A DNA stretch of 64,000 nucleotides. Source: Candidatus Hydrogenedentota bacterium (GTDB lineage: Bacteria > Hydrogenedentota > Hydrogenedentia > Hydrogenedentales > SLHB01). Of the stretch, positions 49,072 through 58,919 are shown in pieces. The DNA lies in assembly GCA_045863335.1 (NCBI GenBank), contig BTVY01000002.1:1-64000 (forward strand), given 5' to 3'. A model generated the notes under the pieces. That model was not told the DNA's origin, made no database searches, and saw only the letters and a list, made by a program, of their open reading frames with translations. A program made the position numbers and the translations under genes. Position 1 is the first letter of the stretch. Each line of letters opens with the position of its first letter.

Positions 49072-50337
49072 CTAGACCGGCCTGTCGTAAATCACCTGGG
49101 GTCCGGCGTAGGGATCGAACACGGTGATTCCCTCGTTGCCGAAGCAGGCGGTAACGGGCGCGCCTTTCCCCGCGGCGGTGTACTCGAAGTTGCGGCGGCA
49201 GACTTCGCGGGCGGCGTGCACGATCAGGACAGAGAGGCGCGACTCTTCCGCGTCGGGGTAGGTGCCTTTGATGTCGTCCAAGGACTTGCCCAGGAACTTC
49301 ATCTCCGCCACCTTCTCGACGCAAACGACGAGGCTGTCTACACCGTAGCCGCAGTAGGCGTAGGTGCCGTCCTCGCGTTTGACGTCGCGGGTGAAATGGG
49401 CGTTGCGGGTCTGGGTACCGACGCCGCCCTCCGTATAGCGCAGCCCGCGGAACTGGGAATCGCACTCGACGAATCCGTTGATGCCGAAGATCTGGCTTTC
49501 CTGGTTGACGGGCCCTTCGAATTCGTCGGGCATGATCCAGCTATTGATGAAATCGATGCTCATGCCGTTGTCGAAGGTGACCTTGACCTGGACCGCGTCG
49601 TAGGCGTCCATATTGTATTCGTTGCGAAGTTTGACCTTCTGGCCAACGGCGTACAGGCTGACGGGCTTCACGCCGAAGTACGCGACGAAGAGATCGGTCC
49701 AGTGGCAACCCACGTAGCTGAAGGGGTCGCTGCGTTCCGCCCACTTGCGAAAGACCTTCGTGGAGATCTCCAACGGCTCCTCCAGGATCGCGCGGCCGTA
49801 GATGGGCGTGCCGATACGCTTCGAGATGTCGTCGCGGATGCGCAGATGATCCGGGTCGTAGCGCTTGTGCATGTCGACGCCGACAAGCCGGTTCGCCTTT
49901 CTGGATGCCGCGATAATGTCGTCGGTCTCGCCCGTGTCGAGCGTGAGCGGTTTTTCGCTGATGGCGTGGGCGCCGCGTTCGAGCGCGGCAAGGATGGGGG
50001 CGGCGTGCAGATCGTCGGGCGTTGCAACCGCGAGGATATCGAGGTCGGGATTCGCATCGAGGAGATCCAGCCAGGGCGTCTCGCCGTGGTAGATTTGGAA
50101 ATCCATACCGAGCTTGCCGTACTCGTCGCGTTTGGACTGCCCCGTCTTTTCGGTCCGCGTCGCGAGACCAACGAATTGGATGTCGATGTCCCCGAGCTTG
50201 CGAGCCATGTTGTCGAGACCGAGACGGCCGAGCCAGGGGGCAAGTCCAAACTTCTCCAACTGGCAATAGGTGCGAAGATGAACGTCTCCGCCGAACATTC
50301 CCGCACCAACCAAACCGATCTTAATCTGTCTCTGCAC
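49072..50337 (-). CDS. Gfo/Idh/MocA family oxidoreductase
   Basis: GLVGAG, VATPDDLH, EKP, HKRYDP; AGGAGG RBS before a GTG start. Confidence 0.9.
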   Translation of the reverse strand: MQRQIKIGLVGAGMFGGDVHLRTYCQLEKFGLAPWLGRLGLDNMARKLGDIDIQFVGLATRTEKTGQSKRDEYGKLGMDFQIYHGETPWLDLLDANPDLDILAVATPDDLHAAPILAALERGAHAISEKPLTLDTGETDDIIAASRKANRLVGVDMHKRYDPDHLRIRDDISKRIGTPIYGRAILEEPLEISTKVFRKWAERSDPFSYVGCHWTDLFVAYFGVKPVSLYAVGQKVKLRNEYNMDAYDAVQVKVTFDNGMSIDFINSWIMPDEFEGPVNQESQIFGINGFVECDSQFRGLRYTEGGVGTQTRNAHFTRDVKREDGTYAYCGYGVDSLVVCVEKVAEMKFLGKSLDDIKGTYPDAEESRLSVLIVHAAREVCRRNFEYTAAGKGAPVTACFGNEGITVFDPYAGPQVIYDRPV

Positions 50338-50391
50338 AAACCCCTCCTAAGTGTGCTGTCAATCCATCGTTCGCGGAACCGTTTCGTTTGG

Positions 50392-51450
50392 TCAGGTAGC
50401 ACCTTCCAAAAGCGACGGCGACTGCACGGGTGCGTTTTCTCCCCCTGCGGGAGCGTCGGGCGGCAATGAAATCTGGATGCTCATGGTCGAGCGCGCCTCG
50501 TTCACGAGGTCTTCAATTATCTGTTGTTTCTTGCGTTGCACCATGGCGTTGGAGAGCCGTTCCTTCAGCTCTCCTTCCAGAGGAGCCGTCTTGCGGTCGG
50601 TGACCTTCATGATGTGCCAGCCTACGCGGGTCTTGAACGGCTGGGAGACTTCGTTCAAGGGCGCGTCGAACATGCGCTGATCGAACTCCGGTCCGAGGAT
50701 TCCCCGGGTCGCACCCTGGATCACTCCGCCGGTCTCCCGGGTCCGGTCATCGTCGGTGACTTCCTTCGCGACCGACGCGAAGTCTTCGCCATCCTGAATG
50801 CGCTTATAGGCTGCGTCGATCTTCCCGCGCGCCTGCTCCCCAGCGGCGGGATCGTCGCCCTGCACGCGGACCAGGATGTGGGCGATATCCGCGACGTCGA
50901 ACATGTTCTTCGCTTTCAGATTGTCGTACTCCGCCTGGATCTCCTCGTCCGATACGGTTACGTCCGCAGCTTTCATCTGGCTGAATTTGCGAGAGACGAG
51001 GCGCATGCGGGTCAGGTTCTCGACCTCTTCCATCGAGATTCCCTGCTTTGCGATGAACTCTTCCATGGTGGCGCCGTCCGGCAGTGCGGCCGCGTTGCGT
51101 TCGATCTCCGCCTTGACTTCCTCGTCGGTTACTTCCACACCGGCCTCTTTCGCGAGCACGTACAGAACTTTTCCATCGACCATCGTGTCGATGATCTTCA
51201 GCTTCTCATCCTGACTGATAGGCTGTTGAGCAAGGCGCTCCGGATCCTTGATGCCCATGTTCTGCGCCTGGGCAATACGGGCCTGAAGGATTGCGGTGAG
51301 GGCGCGCTCCAATTCCGTGCGGGTGATGGTCTCGCTGTCGCCGATTTGCACGACGATTTCGGGATCGTTCGTGGCTTGGGCGAATGCAACCGAGGCGGAC
51401 AGCAGCGACGCCAGAAGGACACAAATAGAAGCGACTGAAAACCTGTACAT
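50392..51450 (-). CDS. PpiC-type peptidyl-prolyl isomerase (SurA/PrsA-like)
   Basis: Signal peptide, SurA-N-like helices, AHILV, GEDFASVAK, EVSQPFKTRVGWHI. Confidence 0.88.
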   Translation of the reverse strand: MYRFSVASICVLLASLLSASVAFAQATNDPEIVVQIGDSETITRTELERALTAILQARIAQAQNMGIKDPERLAQQPISQDEKLKIIDTMVDGKVLYVLAKEAGVEVTDEEVKAEIERNAAALPDGATMEEFIAKQGISMEEVENLTRMRLVSRKFSQMKAADVTVSDEEIQAEYDNLKAKNMFDVADIAHILVRVQGDDPAAGEQARGKIDAAYKRIQDGEDFASVAKEVTDDDRTRETGGVIQGATRGILGPEFDQRMFDAPLNEVSQPFKTRVGWHIMKVTDRKTAPLEGELKERLSNAMVQRKKQQIIEDLVNEARSTMSIQISLPPDAPAGGENAPVQSPSLLEGAT

Positions 51451-51570
51451 GAGTGGGTTCTCCAAAGAATAGTATCCGCCCCGTCGCAGTTGAACGCTTC
51501 CGGTGACGAGACTTCCCTGAATCGTAGCAGACCTGAATGATGGCGGCAACGTGGCCCGAGCGGCGCAAGT

Positions 51571-52614
51571 TTAGAGCGTGACGGTCTTGCCTGTCTCAGC
51601 AGACCGATACACGGCCTCGATGATTTCGACCGATCGCCTGCCTTCGCGGCCGTCGATGGTTGGATTGCGGCCTTCCCGAATGGCGTTGACGAAGTCTTCG
51701 ATCTGGCGGCGATGCCCCTCGTGTTTGAGACTGGCGATGGGGTCGCTGGCGCCCGATCCGAGGGTGTCCCCTTTGATCCCCGACAATACATCGGCGTCTT
51801 CCGGCGCCTCTGTGGCAAATTGCCACGACTTTAGTTCGCCGTCTTCGAGTACCGCGCTACCTTGGGTGCCATGGACTTCGACGCGGGCGGGATGACCGGG
51901 CCAGATAGCGGTGCTGCCTTCGATGACGCCCATGGCGCCGTTTTCGAAGGTGAGCATGGCGCAGGCGAGATCCTCGACTTCGATGCCCGTGTGGCCGACG
52001 AGGGCGGTCTGGGCGGTCACGGTCTTGACGGGGCCGAAGAACCAGAGCAGCAAGTCAATCTGATGAATGCCCTGATTCATGAGACAACCGCCGCCGTCGA
52101 GCTTGCGCGTGCCGCGCCAGGCGCCGCTGTCGTAATACTCCTGAGAGCGGTACCATTTGATGTAGGCATCGCCCAGGACCAACTTGCCGAAGCGACCCGC
52201 ATCGAGGGCCTTCCGGATATTCGTGGGACCGTCGGCATAGCGATATTGAAAGATGCAGCCGAGCTTCACGCCGGCATCGTCAACCGCTTTGATCACGCGA
52301 TCGATGCGTTCCGTGGTGACTTCCAGGGGCTTTTCGGCAAGGATGTGTTTTCCGGCCTTCGCACAGGCTTCGGCGATGTCCGCGCGTAGACCGCTGGGGA
52401 CGCAAAGGCTGACCGCCTGGATATCGTCGCGCTTCAGCAGTTCGAGATAGTCGGCATAGGTTTCTGCGGGGTACTTCTCCGTTAACTTCTTGGCGTTTGC
52501 TTCCACGACATCGGACACGGCGACGAGTTTCGCTCCTGGAATGTCCGTGATGCTTTGCGCGTGGATCGGCGCAATCACGCCGCAACCGATGATACCCATG
52601 CCGACTTCAGTCAT
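51571..52614 (-). CDS. Gfo/Idh/MocA family oxidoreductase
   Basis: GIIGCG, EKP, WYRSQEYY, WRGT..DGGGCLMNQGIHQID. Confidence 0.93.
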   Translation of the reverse strand: MTEVGMGIIGCGVIAPIHAQSITDIPGAKLVAVSDVVEANAKKLTEKYPAETYADYLELLKRDDIQAVSLCVPSGLRADIAEACAKAGKHILAEKPLEVTTERIDRVIKAVDDAGVKLGCIFQYRYADGPTNIRKALDAGRFGKLVLGDAYIKWYRSQEYYDSGAWRGTRKLDGGGCLMNQGIHQIDLLLWFFGPVKTVTAQTALVGHTGIEVEDLACAMLTFENGAMGVIEGSTAIWPGHPARVEVHGTQGSAVLEDGELKSWQFATEAPEDADVLSGIKGDTLGSGASDPIASLKHEGHRRQIEDFVNAIREGRNPTIDGREGRRSVEIIEAVYRSAETGKTVTL

Positions 52615-52804
52615 GTGGACTTCTCCAATTCGTTTTCACTCGTGGAACGGAGCGAGTTACCCCGCATAGAATTGCGCAGAATCGTCGCGCAGGATGAGCC
52701 TTTTATGATGCAGGCCCCGCCCGCGAATTTCAAGTCTCGAGTCCGCGGGCGGGGCAAGAATGCTGCAAGAGATGCTTGGTAAACGGGCGTGAACGGCAAG
52801 TGTT

Positions 52805-52951
52805 TCAGTTTTGAGCGGCGCGCTCGATGGCGCGGCCGCCGGCTTGAATATCCCTGCCGACACCACGGATCGTGTTGCAACCGGCAACATGAACTGCAAT
52901 GATCACGGCCAGTGTCATCCACCCTGCGAAATACGCGAAACGCTGAATCAT
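52805..52951 (-). CDS. Entericidin EcnA/B family lipoprotein
   Basis: GGAGG RBS; lipobox VAGC followed by NTIRGVGRDIQAGGRAI. Confidence 0.85.
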   Translation of the reverse strand: MIQRFAYFAGWMTLAVIIAVHVAGCNTIRGVGRDIQAGGRAIERAAQN

Positions 52952-53192
52952 GATTCGAGCCTCCAGACTGCCTCCGACTCCGTCCATCACGGCAACTGCA
53001 ACAACGGTCTCGATACGCGCAATACCGGTCACCAGTAGATGAATTGTACCATCTTGCGGGAGGATTTGTCGCGCTGTGGCGATACTCTTGTGCTGGTTTT
53101 GACATCAAGAGGTTTCGGGGCGGAATACAGTTTGGTCCAGCGGGAGGAACCGCCGGAGCGCAGGACCGGATTCAACTGCCGGGAGTTTCGAT

Positions 53193-54077
53193 GTGACTCG
53201 AATCGGACGTACGGCAACAAGCTTCACGATTATGTTGACGTTGGCGGCGTGCAGTGGGCAAGGCAGCCGGAGTAGCGGATCATCTGGCGTAACGCACGAA
53301 CCGTCGAGTGACTCGGTCTCGTATGCCTACTTTGCCGAAGTGCTTGCACGCTACGTCGACGACCGAGGGTTGGTCGACTATGCGGGCCTGCGAGCGAACC
53401 GTTCAAGCCTCGACGCGTTCATTGCGGATCTAGCGGAACTCAAGCCCGATGTCTGCGCCGCGTGGAGTGAGCCGGATAAGATCGCCTTCTGGCTCAACGC
53501 ATACAACGCGATAACGCTGGCCTCGGTCGTCGACAACTATCCAATTGAGCCGAGCCTTCTGCGGAGGTTCTTCTATCCCGAGAACAGTATACGTCAGATT
53601 CCCGGCGTTTGGACGGAACGAGAGTGGATCATCATGGGATCCCGGTATACGCTAGACGCTATCGAGCATGAAGTGCTCCGGGCGGAGTTCGAGGAGCCGC
53701 GAATCCACGCTGCGCTGGTGTGCGCGGCAATGGGGTGCCCCCCATTGCGAAATGAGCCGTATACGGGCGGTTTGTTGATTGCCCAGCTAGATGATCAGAT
53801 GAGGCGCTTTCTGGCGCACGACAATAAATTCCGCATCAGTCGCGATACGGGTACAGTTTATCTCTCGCTCATCTTCCGTTGGTTTGGATCGGATTTTGTC
53901 GCCCCCGCCAAGAGCGGGGTTATCGAGGGACACGGTGCGGTCGAGGCTGCGGTCCTCTTCACGATCGCGGATTACCTCTCGCCAGAAGACAGCGCGTATT
54001 TGCGGAGCGGCGATTACACGGTGGAATACCTCGAATACGATTGGTCGCTGAACGATCAGCGGAAGGATATCCCGTGA
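53193..54077 (+). CDS. DUF547 domain lipoprotein
   Basis: Lipobox LAAC; GLVDY, AFWLNAYNA, TLDAIEH..LR, EPRIHAALVCAAMGCPPL, YDWSLN. Confidence 0.92.
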   Translation: MTRIGRTATSFTIMLTLAACSGQGSRSSGSSGVTHEPSSDSVSYAYFAEVLARYVDDRGLVDYAGLRANRSSLDAFIADLAELKPDVCAAWSEPDKIAFWLNAYNAITLASVVDNYPIEPSLLRRFFYPENSIRQIPGVWTEREWIIMGSRYTLDAIEHEVLRAEFEEPRIHAALVCAAMGCPPLRNEPYTGGLLIAQLDDQMRRFLAHDNKFRISRDTGTVYLSLIFRWFGSDFVAPAKSGVIEGHGAVEAAVLFTIADYLSPEDSAYLRSGDYTVEYLEYDWSLNDQRKDIP

Positions 54078-54811
54078 GTTCACCCGACGCCAAGACGCCA
54101 TCGTTGTTGAAGCCACTGCTGCTCCTCGTCGCTGTGGCGGTCCTCTTTCTTGCGTCCCAGGCGTTCCCGATCGCGGAATGGATGCGCGCGTTTCTGACGT
54201 GGGTCGACGCCCTCGGCCCACTTGCGCCTATTGCGCTGGGCATTGCGTACATCCTTGCCTGCGTGTTTCTCGTGCCAGGGTGGATCCTGACCCTGGGTGC
54301 GGGGTTTCTTTTCGGGGTTATCCGGGGAACCGTTGTCATTTCTATCTCGGCAACCCTGGGTGCAACCGCCGCGTTTCTTGTCGGAAGGTATCTGGCGCGA
54401 AACGCCGTAGCCAGGCGAATCGCGGGAAACGCGCGTTTCGAGGCAGTCGACCGGGCTGTCGCGCGGGAGGGGTGGAAAATTGTCGGGCTGACGCGACTCT
54501 CTCCCCTATTTCCATTCAACCTATTAAACTATGCGTTCGGACTGACCCAGGTTTCCCTGAAGGCGTACTTTTTTGCATCCTGGATCGGGATGCTGCCGGG
54601 AACGATTCTGTACGTCTATATTGGTTCGCTCGCGGGCGACCTGGCCACGTTGGGCACGGGTGAACGGCAGCGCAATATCGCGCAGTGGGTGTTGTACGGA
54701 TTCGGATTGGTTGTGACCATCGTTGTCACGGTGTACGTGACGCGAATTGCGCGCGCCGCGCTCCGTACGACCATCGATGGGGACCACCCCACAACAACCA
54801 GGGATCGCTGA
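54074..54811 (+). CDS. TVP38/TMEM64 (VTT/DedA superfamily) membrane protein
   Basis: GTGA overlap with DUF547; LTLGAGFLFG, GATAAFLVGRY, RLSPLFPFNLLNY, GMLPGT. Confidence 0.92.
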   Translation: MSSPDAKTPSLLKPLLLLVAVAVLFLASQAFPIAEWMRAFLTWVDALGPLAPIALGIAYILACVFLVPGWILTLGAGFLFGVIRGTVVISISATLGATAAFLVGRYLARNAVARRIAGNARFEAVDRAVAREGWKIVGLTRLSPLFPFNLLNYAFGLTQVSLKAYFFASWIGMLPGTILYVYIGSLAGDLATLGTGERQRNIAQWVLYGFGLVVTIVVTVYVTRIARAALRTTIDGDHPTTTRDR

Positions 54812-56344
54812 ATGAGCACGGCTGAAAAGATTACGATGCCGCCGATGGATGGGCACAACAGAGAATTGGTCGCCAACGTGCATCCACCGGATTGGGTCAA
54901 TCCACAACCGCAGCCGCGCTATAACCTGGTGGTGATCGGTGCCGGTACTGCAGGGTTGGTCACGGCGGCGGGCGCGGCAGGCCTGGGCGCGAAAGTGGCC
55001 CTGGTCGAGCGCCACCTCATGGGCGGCGATTGTCTGAACACAGGATGCGTGCCGTCGAAAGCCATCATTCGAAGTGGGAGGGCCTTGGCCGAAGTGTGCG
55101 ATGCGCACCGGTTCGGCGTCCAGACCGGTGGGGCGAGTTCGGTCGACTTCGCGGCTGTGATGGATCGAATGCGGGCGATTCGGAGCGGGATAAGTCATCA
55201 TGATTCCGCGGAGCGTTTCCGCGAGCTTGGTGTTGACGTATTCTTCGGAGATGCACGATTCAAGAGCCGTGATTGCGTCGAAGTTGGCGGTCAGGCGCTA
55301 CGTTTCTCCAAAGCAGTGATCGCAACGGGAGCGCGGCCCGCGGTACCGGATATCCCGGGGTTGGAAGCGGCGGGGTATCTGACGAACGAGACGGTCTTTT
55401 CCTTGACGGAATGCCCGGACCGGATGTTAGTGATCGGCGGCGGCCCGATCGGGTGCGAGCTAGCTCAGGCCTTTCAGCGTCTGGGATCTCAAGTAACCCT
55501 GGTTGAACGCGGGGCTCGGGTGCTTCCGCGGGATGATTCCGATGCGGCGCTAATCGTCGCCGACAGCTTGAGGCGCGACGGCGTTTCGCTGGTGTTGGGT
55601 GCATCGATCGCGCACGTCGATTTGGTGGAGGGTAACAAGCGCGCAATCCTCGCTGGAGACGGCGGTGAGCGCGTAATTGACGTCGATGCAATCCTCGTGG
55701 CCTCAGGGCGGAGGGCAAATGTGGAAGATCTCCGACTCGAGTCGGCGGGGGTGGCCTACGAGTCACGCACCGGAGTACAGGTGGATGATTTTCTCCGGAC
55801 GACCAATCCGCGGATCTACGCGGCGGGTGACGTATGTATGCGGTACAAGTTCACGCACGCGGCGGATGCGGCGGCGCGGATAGTCATTCAAAACGCGCTT
55901 TTCGGAATCGCCGGCAAGAAAAATGCAAACGCGTTGACGATCCCGTGGTGTACGTACACGGAGCCCGAGCTCGCGCAGGTAGGGTTAAACGATCTGGAGG
56001 CGAGGGAACGGAGAATCGCGATCGATACAATCCAGGTATCTGTGGCGGACGTGGATCGCGCACGTACGGATGATGAGACGGAGGGGTTTCTCAAGGTCCA
56101 CCTCAAGAAGGGGTCAGACCGAATCCTGGGCGCCACCTTGGTAGCCCGTCATGCAGGAGATATCATCAGCGAGATCACGTTGGCGATGGCTGCGGGCGTG
56201 GGGCTCCGAACGATCGCAGACGTCATTCATCCATATCCCACCCACGCCGAAATCGTCAAAAAGGCCGCGGACGCGTACAACCGGACGCGTCTGACGCCGT
56301 TGCTGAAGCGGGTACTTGCGACCATTCTTCGGTGGCAGCGCTAG
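54812..56344 (+). CDS. Pyridine nucleotide-disulfide oxidoreductase, MerA/LpdA-like without mercury-specific cysteines
   Basis: GAGTAG, GGDCLNTGCVPSK, GGGPIG, AAGD, HPYPT..E; no N-terminal HMA domain and no C-terminal CC pair. Confidence 0.92.
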   Translation: MSTAEKITMPPMDGHNRELVANVHPPDWVNPQPQPRYNLVVIGAGTAGLVTAAGAAGLGAKVALVERHLMGGDCLNTGCVPSKAIIRSGRALAEVCDAHRFGVQTGGASSVDFAAVMDRMRAIRSGISHHDSAERFRELGVDVFFGDARFKSRDCVEVGGQALRFSKAVIATGARPAVPDIPGLEAAGYLTNETVFSLTECPDRMLVIGGGPIGCELAQAFQRLGSQVTLVERGARVLPRDDSDAALIVADSLRRDGVSLVLGASIAHVDLVEGNKRAILAGDGGERVIDVDAILVASGRRANVEDLRLESAGVAYESRTGVQVDDFLRTTNPRIYAAGDVCMRYKFTHAADAAARIVIQNALFGIAGKKNANALTIPWCTYTEPELAQVGLNDLEARERRIAIDTIQVSVADVDRARTDDETEGFLKVHLKKGSDRILGATLVARHAGDIISEITLAMAAGVGLRTIADVIHPYPTHAEIVKKAADAYNRTRLTPLLKRVLATILRWQR

Positions 56345-56823
56345 CGGGAATTGCTCACGTTGATCGATCCGGACATTTTCAATTGTTTAAACAATTGCTT
56401 GATCGCTTCCCGTTCGCCGAGGGTGATGGAGATCACTTTGGCGCCGTTGGTGATGAGCTGAATGGAGATGGAGGCGAGGACGAGTCCTCCACAAGCGAGT
56501 ATTCCTATGGCGATGACGGGCGCCAACGCCACTTCATCCCCTTCGAACACGATCGTCAAATTCTCATTGCCGATGAGCTGTGCCCATTCAGCGACCAAGG
56601 AACGAATGTTCCCCGGGTTGTTCAGGGTCGTGACGATCACTCCGAAAACCTTCAGGACAAATGTCAAACCCGTCACGATGAGCACTATCCCGATGATGGC
56701 ACCGCCGAATCGCACGACGTCTTGCAGCAAATCGCCCAAGTCCAGATCTTTGTGGGTGCCGCCGGGGTCGTAGTTTCGAGGAATCGAGTAGTCCCGATCG
56801 TAGTTGCCGCTGTCATGCACCAT
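56341..56823 (-). CDS. Hypothetical two-TM membrane protein
   Basis: AGGGAGG RBS; 160 aa with two hydrophobic segments; convergent stop overlap (CTAG) with the oxidoreductase. Confidence 0.7.
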   Translation of the reverse strand: MVHDSGNYDRDYSIPRNYDPGGTHKDLDLGDLLQDVVRFGGAIIGIVLIVTGLTFVLKVFGVIVTTLNNPGNIRSLVAEWAQLIGNENLTIVFEGDEVALAPVIAIGILACGGLVLASISIQLITNGAKVISITLGEREAIKQLFKQLKMSGSINVSNSR

Positions 56824-56921
56824 GGAGGTCCCCTCCCTTTTCAGGAGTTATAGCGCTCTCTGCCGTTACAGGGCAAGGGTCATTCTTGTTTCCTCGCGTC
56901 CGTTGTTCTATAACCGCCGCC

Positions 56922-58919
56922 ATGCGCAACGGTGCCACCATAGCCGTTATCGTCCCCGCCTACAACGAGGAGGCATCGATTGGGCGGGTGTTGTCGGCTG
57001 TACCGGATTGGGTGGACCAAGTCGTGGTGGCCGACAACGCTTCTGGCGACAGAACGTCCTTGATTGCGGCGGAACACGGGGCCACGGTTGTCCACGAGCC
57101 GATGCGCGGATACGGTGCGGCGTGTCTGCGGGCCATGAAGGCGTTGAACGCGCCGGATGTGGCGGTGTTTCTCGACGCGGATTTTAGCGATGACCCCTCT
57201 GAGATGGACCGGTTGGTCGACCCCATTCTGTCGGGAGACACGGAAATTGTTATTGGCTCGCGGGTACTGGGGCAATGTGAACCCGGATCGCTGACGCCGC
57301 AGCAGCGCTACGGAAACGCCCTCGCCTGTTTGCTGATGCGATGGATCTATGGCGTGCGCCATACCGATCTCGGACCTTTCCGCGCCGTTCGCTGGTCAAC
57401 GCTCATCGAGTTGGAAATGGCGGACCGCACCTGGGGATGGACGGTGGAACTTCAGGTGAAGGCGGCCAAGGCGCGAATCCGGGCGATCGAAGTGCCGGTG
57501 TCATATCGCAAGCGAATCGGTGTTTCCAAGATCTCCGGCACGGTTCAGGGTGTGATTCGCGCGGGCGCGAAAATCCTGTATACGATTTTCAACGAGGCGG
57601 CGGCGCGGCATCGACAGGGCAGGTCGGTCCAACGACTGCTCGTTTTCTCGCGATATCCCGTGGCCGGACGGACGAAGACGCGTTTAATCCCCGCTCTCGG
57701 CCCGGAGGGCGCCGCGACGTTGCATCGCGAGATGGCCGCATGGACCCTGCGCGTGGCGCGGCGCGCGGTATTGGACGGAAAGACGGGGCTTCAGGTCCAG
57801 TACACCGGCGGCGAGGAGTCCGCAATGGCGGCCTGGCTGGGGCCTGACCTGGAGTATTGCGAGCAGTCTGAGGGGGACTTGGGCGCACGGTTGCACGACG
57901 CATTTGCCCAGGCGTTCGACGCGCGGTGGAAACGTGTGATTGCGATTGGTACCGACTGCCCCGGACTTCGGGATGCGACCATCCGGAAAGCGTTCGCGCT
58001 CCTTCGGGATTACGACGTCGTTCTGGGGCCGACTGACGACGGCGGGTACTACCTCATCGGTTTGCGCGGGCCGTCGGCGTCGCTCTTCGGTGATGTGGAA
58101 TGGGGTACGGGTACCGTCTTTTCGACAACCTTGTCGCGGGCGGAACAGCTCGGTTTGTCCGTGGCCCTTTTGCCGACGCTGCACGACGTAGACACGACGG
58201 ACGATTTGTCGGAATGGGAACTGCACGGTCCTCAGGAAATCAGTCATCGGCCAGTTCTTTCCGTGATTGTGCCTGCGCTCAATGAAGAAGCGGAACTCGG
58301 CAACACACTTGCCGCCCTGGGAGCGAACCCCGATGTCGAAGTGATCGTAGTAGACGGCGGGAGTTCGGACGGCACCGTGAGCCTGGCCGAAACGTACGGG
58401 GCGATGGTGATGTGTTCCGCCGCGGGCCGGGCTCTGCAAATGAATGCCGGGGCGGATGCAGCGCGTGGGGAGCTGCTTGTGTTTCTGCACGCGGATACCC
58501 GGGTTCCCCAGGGGTACGTGGAGGAGATTCGGCGGGTTCTTGCGGATGCGGAAGTCGTGGCTGGATCGTTCCACTTGGGGATTGACAGCGCTGATCTCCC
58601 ATCGCGGCTGTTCGCGCGGGGTGCGAACTGGCGCTCCCGCTACCTTCACTTGCCCTACGGCGACCAGTGCCTGTTCATAAAGCGAGAGACCTTTCACGCG
58701 CTGGGCGGGTTCCGGGAAATGCCGATTCTGGAAGACTACGAGTTTGTGCTGCGCGCACGCCGCCGCGGTCGTGTCCAGCTTGCCGAGGGAATCGCCGTCA
58801 CTTCCGCGCGCCGGTGGCGCGGAACCGGCGCTTGGCGGCTGTGCTTCAAAAACCAACTGGTGCTGTTGGGATATCACTTGGGAATTGACCTGAATCGTCT
58901 CGCACGGCTCAGAAAATAG
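56922..58919 (+). CDS. Triple fusion: GT2 + TIGR04282-like (CofC-like/DUF2064) + TIGR04283-like GT2 transferase
   Basis: Domain 1: VPAYNEE, FLDAD, TDLGPFRA, SKISGT. Domain 2: GRTKTRL, GDLGARL, IGTDCP, LGPTDDGGYYLIG, DVDT..DL. Domain 3: VPALNEE, VDGGSSD, GRALQMNAGA, FLHADT, YGDQ, ILED, TSARRW. Confidence 0.9.
   Translation: MRNGATIAVIVPAYNEEASIGRVLSAVPDWVDQVVVADNASGDRTSLIAAEHGATVVHEPMRGYGAACLRAMKALNAPDVAVFLDADFSDDPSEMDRLVDPILSGDTEIVIGSRVLGQCEPGSLTPQQRYGNALACLLMRWIYGVRHTDLGPFRAVRWSTLIELEMADRTWGWTVELQVKAAKARIRAIEVPVSYRKRIGVSKISGTVQGVIRAGAKILYTIFNEAAARHRQGRSVQRLLVFSRYPVAGRTKTRLIPALGPEGAATLHREMAAWTLRVARRAVLDGKTGLQVQYTGGEESAMAAWLGPDLEYCEQSEGDLGARLHDAFAQAFDARWKRVIAIGTDCPGLRDATIRKAFALLRDYDVVLGPTDDGGYYLIGLRGPSASLFGDVEWGTGTVFSTTLSRAEQLGLSVALLPTLHDVDTTDDLSEWELHGPQEISHRPVLSVIVPALNEEAELGNTLAALGANPDVEVIVVDGGSSDGTVSLAETYGAMVMCSAAGRALQMNAGADAARGELLVFLHADTRVPQGYVEEIRRVLADAEVVAGSFHLGIDSADLPSRLFARGANWRSRYLHLPYGDQCLFIKRETFHALGGFREMPILEDYEFVLRARRRGRVQLAEGIAVTSARRWRGTGAWRLCFKNQLVLLGYHLGIDLNRLARLRK

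Noticed and set aside
54809-54870. Selenocysteine insertion at the VTT/oxidoreductase TGA
   Set aside because: The TGA lies in a linker-like context with no redox motif and there is no convincing SECIS hairpin downstream; only generic read-through is kept as a hypothesis.
54812-56344. Mercury resistance gene merA
   Set aside because: No C-terminal Cys-Cys pair, no HMA domain, and no merR/T/P nearby.
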